NCBI GenBank assembly: GCA_951406725.2
Contig: OX597827.1
Span: forward strand, 16,058,001 to 16,122,000
From: Octopus vulgaris
Taxonomy: Eukaryota
Direction of reading: 5' to 3'
Length of the DNA: 64,000 bases
The notes beneath the pieces are model-generated. The model was not told where the DNA came from. It ran no database searches and saw nothing but the letters and a program-made list of their open reading frames with translations. This document shows, piece after piece, positions 49,970 through 62,970 of this stretch; position 1 is the stretch's first letter; every line of letters starts with the position of its first letter. Position numbers and translations under genes: made by a program.

Positions 49970-50365
49970 TCTTTATAAAAGTGAAGTTGTGTGTCTGTCT
50001 CCTATGATTTAGATTCCTAACTACATCCACATTTTGCGGTGCAGTTTAACCAAAACCGGATATCTTATAGTCGTGATTCATATCGAGCCCTTCTGGGTAT
50101 TAGCGCGCATCTACGATGAGTCTACGATTTAAAAAAAAAATTTACCGTCATTTTTTCCCATTTTTAATGCATTTTTTTGCTATTATATAAGGGAAGTAAC
50201 TCTCTAAAAATGTCTACGATGAGTCAATGATTTAAAATAAAATTTACCATAATTTTTTCCCCATTTTTAATGCATTTTTTTGCTATTTTTTGGCTATAAC
50301 TCTCTAAAAATGCTTATATAGTTATTTCCCTTACAAACCCGAGCAATGCCGGACGATACTGCTAG
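49970..50365 (+). mobile_element. Non-autonomous Helitron
   Basis: A|TC...CTAG|T; homologous to the 22577 copy. Confidence 0.85.
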
Positions 50366-50912
50366 TTTATAATAAAAAATATATTATAATCGTTTTCTGA
50401 ATCACTTTCACTCTCACTAGACCATCACTTGTAGATGCGATCACCAATTCTCGAGCGCTCGTAGATGGACTTGTAGATTTCATTTTAAAAAAAAAAAAAA
50501 AAACAAGTTTGAGTTGTTTGCTTAGAAGAAACTTTCTTTTTTTTGTTCTCTATAAATTTCTTGGTAATATGCAGAAGCACTTGTTATGGTAGTAGAAACT
50601 TTTGCACTTTGTTCAAAATTTGGATAAATGAAACTTGTAAAACCTGGGGGTCCTTTGTAAAGTGAGACTTTACTGTACATCTTTCGGAGCCTTCCAAGCG
50701 TTTTGTACAGTATATTTCATTGTTGTTCTTACTACTTTTATGTATCTGCTACATGCAAAGTCCTTTTTGTCTTTTATCCTATCTGTAATCTTTCTCATCT
50801 TCCCCTTGTTCATCTATAGTTTACATAGGATACACTGAATGAAATTCTTATCTGCATTTTTTTTTGTCTTGTGTATTTATCACAGCTGCTTCCAGATGGC
50901 GGTAGTGTCTTC

Positions 50913-51147
50913 AAAGGTGGTGAGCTGGCAGAAACGTTAGCACTCCGGGCAAAATGCTTAGCGGTATTTCGTCTGCCGCTACGGTCTGAGTTCAAACTCC
51001 TCCGAGGTCGACTTTGCCTTTCATCTTTTCGGGGTCGATTAAATAAGTACCAGTTATGCACTGGGGTCGATGTAATCGACTTAATCCATTTGTCTGTCCT
51101 TGTTTGTCCCTTCTGTGTTTAGCCCCTTGTGGGTAGTAAAGAAATAG
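50913..51147 (+). mobile_element. SINE family B
   Basis: 13-bp TSD GGTAGTGTCTTCA. Confidence 0.9.
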
Positions 51148-51387
51148 GTAGTGTCTTCATTACTGCTAACTAAAACTTTTACCTTTGTTTACTTTAAGAT
51201 TTCTCAATTCTAAACTTTTCTATGTTTGGAATTTCTTTAAATGTTCGATAGATTCCACTATGCAAACTATGTCGGACTGTCATTAGCTTATAGTTCTCAT
51301 AGATGTCAAATTAAAACAAGATGTAAGGAAAGGAAACAAACCTGAATATCAATAATCCTTTAAAATATTCAACTTATAACTGAGTTT

Positions 51388-51800
51388 GGATCTTTTCGGT
51401 TTGAATGGCAGTTTTTAACAATTTCTAGGTAACTAAAAAGTTTTAAACCTCGTATACTGGTAGAATGTGTTTATAAAACATCTTTTTCTCTTGGCTTTGA
51501 GAAAATTCTATGGTTTGTAAGATATTTGTTGTTTTTTTCCTTCAATTTCTGCAATTTCAACCAATCAATGACCGTCTATTGAGGTGAAAACATTCTGTGC
51601 TGTATGAAAATGTCCCTCGTTTAAGAAACAGATTGGGTTTATTTACATTTCTGAAGAAAAAAGATACCCTCCCCTAACCCTAACTAACCCTAACCTAAAA
51701 CAGATTGAAATGCAATAGATCGATACTAGGGTCATAATTATGGGTGACAATTTCATATGACACCGCTAGAAAAAAACTGCCATTCAAACCGAAAAGATCC
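51388..51800. mobile_element. Merlin-like MITE
   Basis: Inverted repeats; TSD CTGAGTTT. Confidence 0.85.
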
Positions 51801-51969
51801 CTGAGTTTACCTTTCTAAAGCTGGTTTTGTTAGCCACTCGAGGGCTAGGAACCAAACCAAGTCAAAACAAATCTTTGCCACCTGCAAGAACATGTCTGTC
51901 AGTGTACTAAATGCTGTCTTTCTTTGAGTGGCCTGAAGAGGGCAATGTCTTTTGTACACAATGCAGAAT

Positions 51970-52506
51970 TTGTAGCTTGTTTGTTCCTTCTCGGGCCATG
52001 CCTGGCTCATAAGGGCCGGTTTCCTGGTTTCTTGGCGTATGGGTTCCACACCTGGACGGCACGCCGGTCCGTCGCAGGTGAGCTGCAAGATGCAGGAGGA
52101 AAGAGTGAGAGAAAGTTGTGGCGAAAGGGTCAGAAGTTTCGCCATTACCTTCTGCCGGAGCCGTGTGGAGCTTAGGTGTTTTCGCTCATAAACATACACA
52201 TCGCCCGGTTCTGAGATTTGAACCTGTGATCCAGTGCTTTTCAACCGTTTTGCTAGAGCGGAACCCCAAGGAAACATTCCACTGGCTTGAGGAACCCCTG
52301 TGCAATAATTTAATAGTCTTATGCACACATATCTGCACAGGAGAATTAAAAATTACTGCCGATTTTAGCAGTTTTGTAACTTCTTGCGGAACCCCTGGAC
52401 TGTACAGGCGGAACCCTAAGGTTCCGTGGAACCCTAGTTGAAAACCACTGCCATGATCCCTTGACCGCGAGTCCGCTGCTCTAACCACTAGGCCACGTGC
52501 CTCCAC
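51970..52506 (-). mobile_element. SINE family C interrupted by a hAT MITE
   Basis: Halves at 51970-52231 and 52451-52506; TSD ACAATGCAGAAT. Confidence 0.85.
52232..52450. mobile_element. hAT-like MITE (219 bp)
   Basis: CAGTGCTTTTCAAC...GTTGAAAACCACTG; 8-bp TSD CTGTGATC/CCATGATC. Confidence 0.85.
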
Positions 52507-53005
52507 ACAATGCAGAATCGTGCTCTGTAGTTAACAAATGTCTCATTCATAGAGTATGCATTGTGTTTGATTTGTGTATTCTTAATACATGTAAAGATGG
52601 AAGTATTACTCACACTGCAGCACAATGCTGGAATGAACATACAGATATACATGTCACAAACAAAGTAAACGTGACTGATGGCATAAATCTAATGATAAGA
52701 ATTGTAAATGTCTGAAATAACTGCCTTAATGTTTGCTAACCATGAAAATGAGGCATTGACATGTGCCAATAAGAATTTACATTGATGACAAGGCTGTGAA
52801 TGTCTAGTAAATGTTGATTATAATGAATTTAGGGACTTTAATGTTATAAATGAACTCTAAGGAATTCATGTGGAAGTAAAAAAAAATGTTTCTCTAGAAC
52901 AGTTATGTTTTTAATACACACCTACATACATACATAAATACATACATACATATGCGCACACACACACACGTGTGTGTGTGTGTGTGCATGCCTACTTACA
53001 TATAT

Positions 53006-53404
53006 ACTCTTTTACTTGCTTCAGTCATGTGGCTGTGGCCATGCTGGAGCACCACCTTTGGTCAAGCAAATCGACCCTACGACTTATTCTTTGTAAGCCT
53101 AGTACTTATTCTATCGATCTCTTTTGTTGAACGCTAAGTTACGGGGACATAAACACACCAGCATCGGTTGTCAAGCGATGTTGGGGGGACAAACAGACAC
53201 AAACATATACACACACATACACATATATATACATATATACAACGGGCTTCTTTCAGTTTCCGTCTACCAAATCCACTCACAAGGCTATGGTCGGCCCGAG
53301 GCTATAGTAGAAAACACTTGCCCAAGGTGCCATGCAGTGGGACTGAACCAGGAACCATGTGGTTGGTAAGCAAGCTACTTACCACACAGCCACTCCTATG
53401 CCTA
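53006..53404 (-). mobile_element. SINE family A
   Basis: Full-length match. Confidence 0.9.
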
Positions 53405-53441
53405 TATAAATTTTTTTGTTGTCTGGGTCTTCAAGTATTGA

Positions 53442-53953
53442 CTAAGGGTGGGGAAACTTCTTAGTGCTGTGGGCAAAAATTTCCAAAGAAAAAGGTCTGC
53501 AGGTGGATCACAAGTTCTAACACTTATACCTGTGTAAATCTTGTATATATCTATGTATAATTTGATATACATTAATAAAGGTAAGTTTAATACATTAATG
53601 TGTAACATCTTCATTAACACTGCCACAGAATTTAGTACGTTTATATTACTTATGATACTATATTTTTCAGCTAGAGGGTCTCAAGGGGGTGGTACAAACC
53701 TAGCAATATGTGTTCTATAGTGAAAACAAAATTTCCATTCAAATGGCTATTACTGGACAATTTTCTATTCAAGTCTGTTTTAAGTTGTAGTGGAAACGTG
53801 ACCCATGTCGCAAAGAGGCATATGAGTATTGTATAAATTTTATAATTGAAAAATTGACTATATTTTGTACATACAAGTATACCAGCCTGTGGGCACAATA
53901 AAATGGGCCTGCTGGTGCAATTGTGCCCACAGGCGGGGGTTTCCCCACCCATG
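53442..53953. mobile_element. Possible old hAT-like non-autonomous element
   Basis: GGGTGGGGAAAC ... GTTTCCCCACCC inverted ends; TSD not clear. Confidence 0.4.
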
Positions 53954-54285
53954 CTTTAGATAATCAAGCTGGTAGAATAGGCCATTAGGTGATATGTGAA
54001 GTCTTCCACTGTCAAAGTGGAATTTACATTAAATTTCACCTCTTTCAATATTGAATCATCCCACCAGTAAATGTATTGTACTCAAACCAAATTTAAAATA
54101 ATAACTTTCATTTAACATGTACACACACACACATTATGCATGATACAATGTAATTGAGAACTGAAATAAATTTAGATATGAAGCCTTGCTATGGATTAGA
54201 TAAGAATGTAACAACATGGTACGGATGTTTACCTATTTAAATCATAGTGAGGCTTTATAATGTTTCAATGCACATTTGTGTATTG

Positions 54286-54317
<32 letters not shown>

Positions 54318-54320
<3 letters not shown>

Positions 54321-54506
54321 AGATCGTTAGCTCCTACACGCATTTTTTTCTCTCCTTGTTTCTTTTCTGTGTATCATTCTGACGAAGAGCGTAGGCTCGA
54401 AACGTAAAAGACTTGTTCTATTTCTATTCCTGAGCGTCATACTAATACATTTGTTTGTTTGTACTCCACCTGCCTTCGTCTTTTGTTTATTTTCGTAAAC
54501 CTTCCC
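54318..54506 (+). mobile_element. Short Penelope-like element with minimal hammerhead motif, in a (TA)n tract
   Basis: CTGACGA-A-GAGC-GTAG-GCTC-GAAA-CG-TA at 54379-54406; TA repeats on both sides. Confidence 0.65.
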
Positions 54507-54556
<50 letters not shown>

Positions 54557-55487
54557 TACATACCTACCTACACTTATATACACATGAATGTATATGCATT
54601 TTACACATTTGTATACCTGTGCCATCAAATGATGATGGCATTTTAAAAGAAACTAAAGCTATTAATAAATTCACTGACTGTACATACATTCAATATATTA
54701 GAGACTTGTTGACTAAGATTATTTCTTTTATTGACAATATTTTGAAGAATTAAATATAAAGGAAAGTTAAATCTTTTGTTTCGGTCTTTAGGCTGTAGCT
54801 ATGTTGGGGTACCAACTTGAAGAATTATAGTCAAAGGAATCAACCCCAGTACTTTTCTGTTTGAGCCCATTTCTTATAATGTTAGTCTGTTTTGCTGAAC
54901 CACTGAGTTGCGAGGATGTAAACATGCCAACACCGGTTGTCAAGTCAAGTGGTGATGAGGTACAAACATAGACACAAAGATCCACACATAAAATATACCT
55001 ATCTATGTCCTGTGCCAGCATCACATAAAAAGCACCCGGTACACTCTGTAAAGTGGTTGACGCTAGGAAGGGCATCCAGCCGTAAAAATCATGTCGAAAC
55101 GGACAACTGAAATCTGGTGCAGCCCTCCTGCTTGCCAGCTCCTCTCAGAACTGTTTAATTCATTAGGATGCAGTCTGAGGGAAACTCGACTGCTATTTTA
55201 AGTGACCATTGTGGGTTGGCTTGTTGCATTGCTTGGAGCACTTTTTACTATTGTTACTAGCACCATCATAGTATTACTTTTATATGGTACCTGTAATACT
55301 ACCATCATAGTATTACTACTCTGGTACTAACGTTAGTTTGAACAAGGATTTTATTACATAACGCAACCTTGGAGAAATTATTTTCATAACCACTTTACTA
55401 ATAACGAAAAATGGGCTTTATTGTCATAGGAGGAATGTATGGAAGCAAAGTCTATGCAGGTGGATATTGTTAGAAAGTCAAGGGTAC

Positions 55488-55887
55488 TCTTTATATATAA
55501 AAGTAAGGTTGTGTGTCTGTCTCCTACGATTTAGATTCCTAACTACTCCCACATTTTGCGGTGCAGTGTAACCAAAACCGGGTATCTTATAGTCGTGATT
55601 CATATTGAGCCCTTCTGGGTATTAGTGCATGTCTACGATGAGTCTACGATTTTAAAAATAATTTACCATCATTTTTTTCCATTTTAATGCATTTTTTTCG
55701 CTATTATATAAGGGAAGTAACTCTCTAAAAATGTCTACAATGAGTCAACGATTAAAAAAAAAAATTTACCATAATTTTTTTCCATTTTTAATGCATTTTT
55801 TTGCTATTTTTTTGGCTATAACTCTCTAAAAATGCATATATAGTTATTTCCCTTACAAACCCGAGCAACGCCGGGCAATACTGCTAG
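55488..55887 (+). mobile_element. Non-autonomous Helitron
   Basis: TC...CCCGAGCAACGCCGGG...CTAG|T. Confidence 0.85.
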
Positions 55888-55961
55888 TGTGTGATAAAAT
55901 GAGAGAAGTGGCTCTGTAGAGTGTGTAGGAAATGTATATTGTACATCATTAAGATGTACAA

Positions 55962-56452
55962 GACCTCCCTTTGCAAATACCATAAGGGCACAGAAAGTGT
56001 GCCTAAAGCCAGCTGGAGACGATGTTCTCCTGGGGCTACAAGCTACAGTAACACCCACCCTTAGTGGTTAGCCATATTGAGATGGCTAGTATACCTCATA
56101 TTGTGCAGTTACTGTTTGTACCTCGTTCAGAGATTTATTATTGCTTGCAGACAGTTTTTTGAGATCAGTGACGAAAAGTTACTGGAAAAACGATATAAGG
56201 ATTTGCATTGGGACCCCTTTCATCGAAAACCGGTGATTGTCGTACGCTGATGACAGGTCAAAACCTAGAAACTGCAGTCCATGTGTATCACTTAGGTTGA
56301 CGAGGGAAGGGTGACCTCCCTTTGCAAATACCATAAGGGCACAGAAAGTGTGCCTAAAGCCAGCTGGAGACGACGTTCTCCTGGGGCTACAAGCTACAGT
56401 AACACCCACCCTTAGTGGTTAGCCATATTGAGATGGCTAGTATACCTCATAT
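55962..56452 (+). mobile_element. Element with 140-bp terminal direct repeats (351-bp period) and a hammerhead-like motif
   Basis: 55962-56101 equals 56313-56452 apart from one mismatch; CTGATGA...GAAACTGCAGTC at 56247-56279. Confidence 0.65.
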
Positions 56453-56479
56453 ATATTGGGTAGTTTCACTGAAACTCTG

Positions 56480-56960
56480 CTGTGAGAGGGTTATTTACTG
56501 ATGTAGCTACTATATTTGAATGTATGTTTAGTGTGTGGAGAACTGGCGCTTGGAAATGGTGTGAAGTTAGAAGGTAAACTGAAACTGAAGGAAAAGGTGT
56601 GTTGCTATGATTTATGGAAGTGTGATGCAGGGGATGAATATGGAATGGCAAAAAAAGGAAAAATGCTGGGAAGAAGGAATGAGACTGGTCTGGCAGATGT
56701 GTAGATTCCTTGAGAGAGAGAGAGAGAGAAAGGGGCCCCGTGGTGAAGACGATGAATTGCAGGGAATGATAGGGATTGAATTGGTAATGGATACTACAAA
56801 GAGAAAAGGGATGGAATAGCTGGGGTCATGTACTGAGGAAGGATAAAGTTGACTGGGTGATGGGGAATGATGGAAATGAATGTGGAAGGAAGTGGATGAG
56901 GATGTGGAGGAGGAGGACTGAGAAAGTCGTAGCTAGAGATAATGGAGGTGGAAATAAAGG
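56480..56960 (+). mobile_element. Highly degraded RTE-like LINE remnant
   Basis: AMIYGS... and WGHVLRKDKVDWV motifs. Confidence 0.45.
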
Positions 56961-57251
56961 CAAAGGGATTGGTTAAAGGGAGTAGAGGATAGGTAAAGTG
57001 GGTGCCACCAATCCTGCAAGGCTTAACTCCTGCTTTAACTGGGGAAATATAGAGATATGTTGTGACAGGAGAGGAAAACTAATTGAAGAATCTATAAAAT
57101 TTTGCAAGGAAATATAATGGAGAGCTTTTTGTTTTTATACCATTGGGAACACTAAACTAATTTCTGTGAGCTAAGGAAACGGTATCCTTGGATCCGAGGT
57201 GTTACACTCGCAAAATATTGCCTTATGTCCTCTATAAATTAATGCCCCACA

Positions 57252-57643
57252 TAGGCGCAGGAGTGGCTGTGTGGTGAGTAGCTTGCTAACCAACCACATG
57301 GTTCCAGGTTCAGTCCCTCTGCGTAGCATCTTGGGCAAGTGTCTTCTGCTATAGCCCCGGGCCGACCAATGCCTTGTGAGTGGATTTGGTAGACGGAAAC
57401 TGAAAGAAGCCTGTCGTATATATGTATGTGTGTGTGTGTGTGTTTGTTTTTGTCCCCCTAGCATTGCTTGACAACCGATGCTGGTGTGTTTACGTCCCCA
57501 CAACTTAGTGGTTCAGCAAAAGAGACCGATAGAATAAGTACTGGGCTTACAAAGAATAAGTCCCAGGGTCGATTTGCTCGACTAAAGGCGGTGCTCCAGC
57601 ATGGCCACAGTCAAATGGCTGAAACAAGTAGAGAGTAAAGAGT
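57252..57643 (+). mobile_element. SINE family A
   Basis: Full-length match. Confidence 0.9.
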
Positions 57644-58528
57644 ATGAAAAAAAAAGATTTTAGTACATGTTTAGTGAATTTTTTTCTGTAAATCTTCTCC
57701 TTGAAATCCTCACATTGAAATTGAAGGGATTGACCGTCATTCTAGTGAAATGACTTGTATGATTTTTACTATTGCAAACACATTTTTCAAGAGAGAATAA
57801 CTAAAGAAAAAAATGTATTTTTGACTGCACCTATGCTAGGGCGTTGCTTTGAAGGTTTTAAGCTGAACAAAGTGATCCTGGTATTTCTTTACGTTTGGTA
57901 CTAAGTACTGTTGATCAATTTTGCTGAACTGTTAAGTTACAGGGACATAAACAAACCAACACTTGTCAAGTGGTGGAGGTACACACACACACACACACAC
58001 ACAGTGGGCTTTCATAGGGTTATTCTCTGCCTAATTCATTCCCAAGGCATTAGCTGGCTCAAGGCTATAATAGAAGACACTTGCTCAAGATGCCGTGCAG
58101 AGAGACTGAACCCCAAATCCTTTGGTTGTAAAGTGGACTTAACTGCAAAGCCATGCCCGTGCCAAGTGGTGGAGGACCGAGTGGTAAAAGAAATGTTTAT
58201 ATAAACATAATGTTCAGTTGTTTTTCCTCCTACAGTACTCTTAGATACTTGAGTCTATTTCCGCTTGCTCATAAGCACACACGCTCAATCAATAACTTAT
58301 ATATATATAAAATCATCTTCCAAACTTGGGCAGCGTGGCTGTGTGGTAGGAAGCTTGCTTCCCAACCACATAGTTTCTAGATCAATCCTATTATGTGGCA
58401 CCTTGGATAAGTGTCTTCTACTATATCTTCTAGCTGAACAAAGCCTTAAGTGGATTTGTTAGACAGGATCTGAAAGAAGCTTGGTGTGGCCCACAACCTC
58501 TGGGATGAAACAAAAAAAATAAAAGAAA

Positions 58529-58597
<69 letters not shown>

Positions 58598-58598
<1 letters not shown>

Positions 58599-58767
58599 TT
58601 CTCCTTGTTTCTCTTGTTTTTTTTTCTGTGTATCTTTCTGTCGAAGAGCGTAGGCTTGAAACGTAAAAGACTTGTTCTTTTTCTATTCCCAAGCTCCATA
58701 CTAATACATTTGTTTGTTTGTACTCCACCTGCCTTCGTCTTTTGTTTATTTTCGTAAACCTTCCCGT
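58598..58767 (+). mobile_element. Short Penelope-like hammerhead element nested in an old SINE A copy (58328-58993)
   Basis: Homologous to the 54318 element; TA flanks. Confidence 0.6.
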
Positions 58768-58798
<31 letters not shown>

Positions 58799-59364
58799 CT
58801 CTTTGTGTTTGAACCCCACCACTGTGTTTATGTTCCTGTAACTTAGCGCTTTGGCAAAAGAGACTGATAGAATAAGTACCAGTCTAAAAGGGAAAAAAAA
58901 GATATGGGGGGTTGATTCATTCGATAAAAAGATTTCTTCGAGACTCTTCCCCAGCGTGGTTGCAGTCTAATGACTGAAATGCGTAAAAGATAAATCTGCT
59001 AAAGTAATATTTCTAGGGTGAGGATTAATGTGAAATCCTGTGGCTGACATGTGTGACTGTGTTAACGCTAGTTGATTAAGAAAGTATTAATAAAAATACT
59101 TGGTTTCTTTCGGTAGCTAGCTGAATATTAATCCTTATAAATATTGTCCTTGTTCTTAGTTGTAGACTGTTGGTTTGTATTTATAAAGCTGAAATAGTAA
59201 TTTATCAAGTCAGTATATTTTAATGAATTACAAATGATTATAGAGCCAGTGAGCAGTGTGGAAGTGAGATTGATCTGAATGGGAGGTGAGTTTGTTGTGT
59301 GTAACTTCTCTTTCCCTTGCCATAAGTGATAGTCCCTTGCTGTGTGTATTTCATTTGAATGAAG

Positions 59365-59787
59365 GGATCTTTTCGGTTTGAACGGCAGTTTTTTCTAGCG
59401 GTGTCATATGAAATTGTCACCCATAATTATGACCCTAGAATCGATCTATTGCATTTCAATCTGTGTTAGGGTTAGTTAGGGTTGGTTAGAGGTGGGGGGA
59501 AGGGTATCTTTTTTTTTTCACAAATGTAAATAAACCCAATCTGTTTCTTAAACGAGTGACATATATGGCACAGAATGCTTTTTAACTCAATAGACGTCAG
59601 TGATTGGTTGAAATTGCAGAAATTGAAGAAAAAAAACAACAAATATCTTACAAACTATAGAATTTTCTCAATAAAGCCAAGAGAAAAAGATGTTTTATAA
59701 ACACATTCTACCAGTATACGAAGTTTAAAAGTGTTTAGTTATGTGGAAATTATTTTAAAAAAACTGCCGTTCAAACCGAAAAGATCC
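59365..59787. mobile_element. Merlin-like MITE (opposite orientation)
   Basis: Inverted repeats; TSD GAATGAAG. Confidence 0.85.
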
Positions 59788-60057
59788 GAATGAAGTGTTC
59801 CTGTCCCAGAAGCTGAATGCCTGCCAGTGTATGTTTTGAACTCATGAAGCAGTTAGCTTCGCTACTTTTCTCTGTTCAGTCAGTTGAACTAGCAAACTTT
59901 CTGGTCTCTTGAAGAAAGACATTAAAAAAATCTTGTGTGTGCATGTGTATGTGTGTTTGTATTAATGAGGAAAAAAGCGGTGGTTGTGTGTTTCACTGTC
60001 ACGTGTGAGCATTTGTTTATTGAGGGGAGTGCATTGTGTGAGAAGTGTGTCTGGAGG

Positions 60058-60092
<35 letters not shown>

Positions 60093-60557
60093 TTTTGTTG
60101 AAGTGTAATCAGGTTGTTTGACATAATTCACAGGATTTAATATTTCAGTGGTTCACATGTCAACATCATGCAGTAGAGATGTGGTTGCAGTAGTAGTAGT
60201 AGTAGTAGTACTGGTGGTGGTGGTGGTCTTTTTTGAAATTCCTGTTTATATTTATAGAAACAACATAAAATCAATATAGGTTTGGCTGTTTATCAACCTG
60301 GAACTTGCTGTTGCCATAAACTATTCGTACGGTATTGTTGTAGGTACCACCACAACTGCCGTTGACATTATCCAGTACTGCTGATGGTCCCAATACTACT
60401 TGGTAGTTTCATGACCTCTACCTACTGTTCATGGTGTTGTAGGTACCACTGTCAATTGTTAGTAACACCATAGCTACGACAACCACAGTCTAGTGCTGCT
60501 ACAGGTTCCACTGTCACTTTGTTAGCATTGCTGTGGCAACCATACTACAATTTGCTG

Positions 60558-60594
<37 letters not shown>

Positions 60595-60603
60595 AGATGG
60601 AGT

Positions 60604-61020
60604 GCAGGAGTGGCTGTGTGGTAAGTAGCTTGCTTACAAACCACATGGTTCCGGGTTCAGTCCCACTGCGTGGCACCTTGGGCAAGCGTCTTCTACTATA
60701 GCCGCGGGCTGACCAAAGCCTTGTGAGTGGATTTGGTAGACGGAAACTGAAAGAAGCCCGTCGTAAATATGTGTGTGCATATGTATGTGTATACGTTTGT
60801 GTATCTGTGTTCATCCCCCCCCCCAACATCGCTTGACAACCGATGGTGGTGTGTTTACATCCCCGTAGCTTGTAACTTAGCGGTTCGGCAAAAGAGACCG
60901 ATAGAATAAGTACTAGGCTTACAAAGAATAAGTCCTGGGGTCGATTTGCTTGACTAAAAGGCGGTGCTCCAGCATGGCCACAGTCAAATGACCGAAACAA
61001 GTAAAAGGGTAAAAGAGTAA
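60604..61020 (+). mobile_element. SINE family A
   Basis: Full-length match. Confidence 0.9.
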
Positions 61021-61388
61021 TATTTTGTCCTTAAGAAGTTTCTTTATTATTTTGTTCACGACTTAGTCCCGTAATGATGTGACTGTGATACATGCATTGA
61101 CCTGCCACAGGGTTATCACGTTATAAAATGCTTATCTACAAGTATTTACCTAACTCTAAAATATGTCCAGTACATGCAAGTGACACTCCTATAACAAGAT
61201 TAAAGAAATATAAATTTGAACACGCCAGGTTAGCAGTCACTGACACTTGAATAATGGAATAACACTTCTGACTTTTTTTCCCAATTTTTTGGCCAGCCAT
61301 TAGAATTGGTGATAAATTATCCCAGCATGAATGCTTGAAGCAGTGTGCTCAACTAAACACACTTGAAGGTTAGGCGGTGGCTTTTTAG

Positions 61389-61553
61389 CCCTTTAGCATT
61401 TAAACTGACCAGGCCTGGCCTTTCACACCTTTCACGCAATGTCATTCACAGCAGCAATCGTCATCAATATCTCAGTTACAGTATAATGCATGATTAATTC
61501 AAAACACTGAATAAATAAGCTATACGTATGACAGTGATGTGAATGCTAAAGGC
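61389..61553. mobile_element. piggyBac-like MITE (diverged)
   Basis: CCCTTTAGCATT...AATGCTAAAGGC|TTAA; homologous to the 8781 copy. Confidence 0.6.
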
Positions 61554-61645
61554 TTAAAGCCAAGTGAGGGATTAAATCTACTCTCCAGTATAGATTCCTC
61601 CATACAGTTTTTGCCTATCAAATTTTAAACAAGTACACATTAGGG

Positions 61646-61864
61646 CAGTGGTTTTCAACCATGGTTCCGCGGAACCTTAGGGTTCCGCCAGTACAGTACA
61701 GGGGTTCCACAAGAAGTTACAAAACTGCTAAAATCGGCAGTAATTTTTAATTCTCCTGTGCAGATATGTGTGCATAAGACTATTAAATTATTGCATAGGG
61801 GTTCCTTGAGCCAGTGGAATGTTTCCTTGGGGTTCCGCTCCAGCAAAAAGTTTGAAAAGCACTG
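61646..61864. mobile_element. hAT-like MITE
   Basis: Reverse complement of the 52232 element; perfect 8-bp TSD CATTAGGG. Confidence 0.9.
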
Positions 61865-62256
61865 CATTAGGGTGATGTTCTAAATGTTCATGGCTGGAAT
61901 GTTTAACATTCATTTTTCTCAATGAAGGTTGATCTGAGTCTAAGAAATGACTATGTAAACACACACACTTTGTAGCATCCAAACCTGTCAAAAAAATGCT
62001 TGCTGCCATCTTTAAATTACACACGCACACTTAAGACTGAGAAAATGTAGTTGTTTAGTCTCAAGTCAGCCAGTCCCAGAACAAAATATGTTCCATATGT
62101 GACCATCCAGTCCATGTATAATCTACAATTCTTTTACTGGTTTGTTATAAGACTGTGTGACATGTATAAATATCTGTGTATGTGATTATATATATATATA
62201 TACCCTTCCTCAATATACATACATATATATATATATATATATAATATATACCCTTC

Positions 62257-62340
<84 letters not shown>

Positions 62341-62767
62341 TGAGGAAGGGTATTCAGCTATTGAGACAATATGCCAGGGTCGATAATGGTGCCTGGTGTG
62401 CGTCTCCTCCCATCCCTGGCCTTACCAACTCTGGTGAAGCCATCATGGAAATCTGACATTAAATGATGATCTATAATGTTTTGTGTGTGGCCTTGACTCG
62501 GGTGATGGTTGTAATTGAGCAACATTGTCCTGCAAGTGAGGTTGTTTGTTTCCAGTCTTTCAAGAAAAACTTGTCTGGTCATGAGCAAATATTGCCTTGC
62601 ATAGAAACAAGTGAGGGATGATGACAAGAAAGGCAGATGGATGAGACAGATTTTGTCTGATCCATGCAAGCGGAGAAAATTGGATATTAAATGCTGATGG
62701 TCCGCAAGCCTTGTCGAGATGTCGGTCATTACGTTTAAGTCAATTCTGTACCAGATGTTGAATCAAC

Positions 62768-62970
62768 ACCGGTGGCACGTAAAAAGCACCAATCCGATCG
62801 TGGCCGTTACCAGCCTCGCCTGGCACGTAAAAAGCACCCACTACACTCACGGAGTGCTTGGCGTTACAAAGGGCATCCAGCTGTAGAAACTCTGCCAGAT
62901 CCCGGTCGAACCGTCCAACCCATGGTAGCATGGAGAACGGATGTTAAGCGATGATGATGATGATGATGAT
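62768..62970 (+). mobile_element. Family D retroposon
   Basis: Same motifs, (GAT)n tail. Confidence 0.75.

Noticed and set aside
55962-56452. TRIM or miniature LTR retrotransposon
   Set aside because: The repeats lack TG..CA ends, and no primer-binding site or clear TSD was found, although a purine run precedes the second repeat
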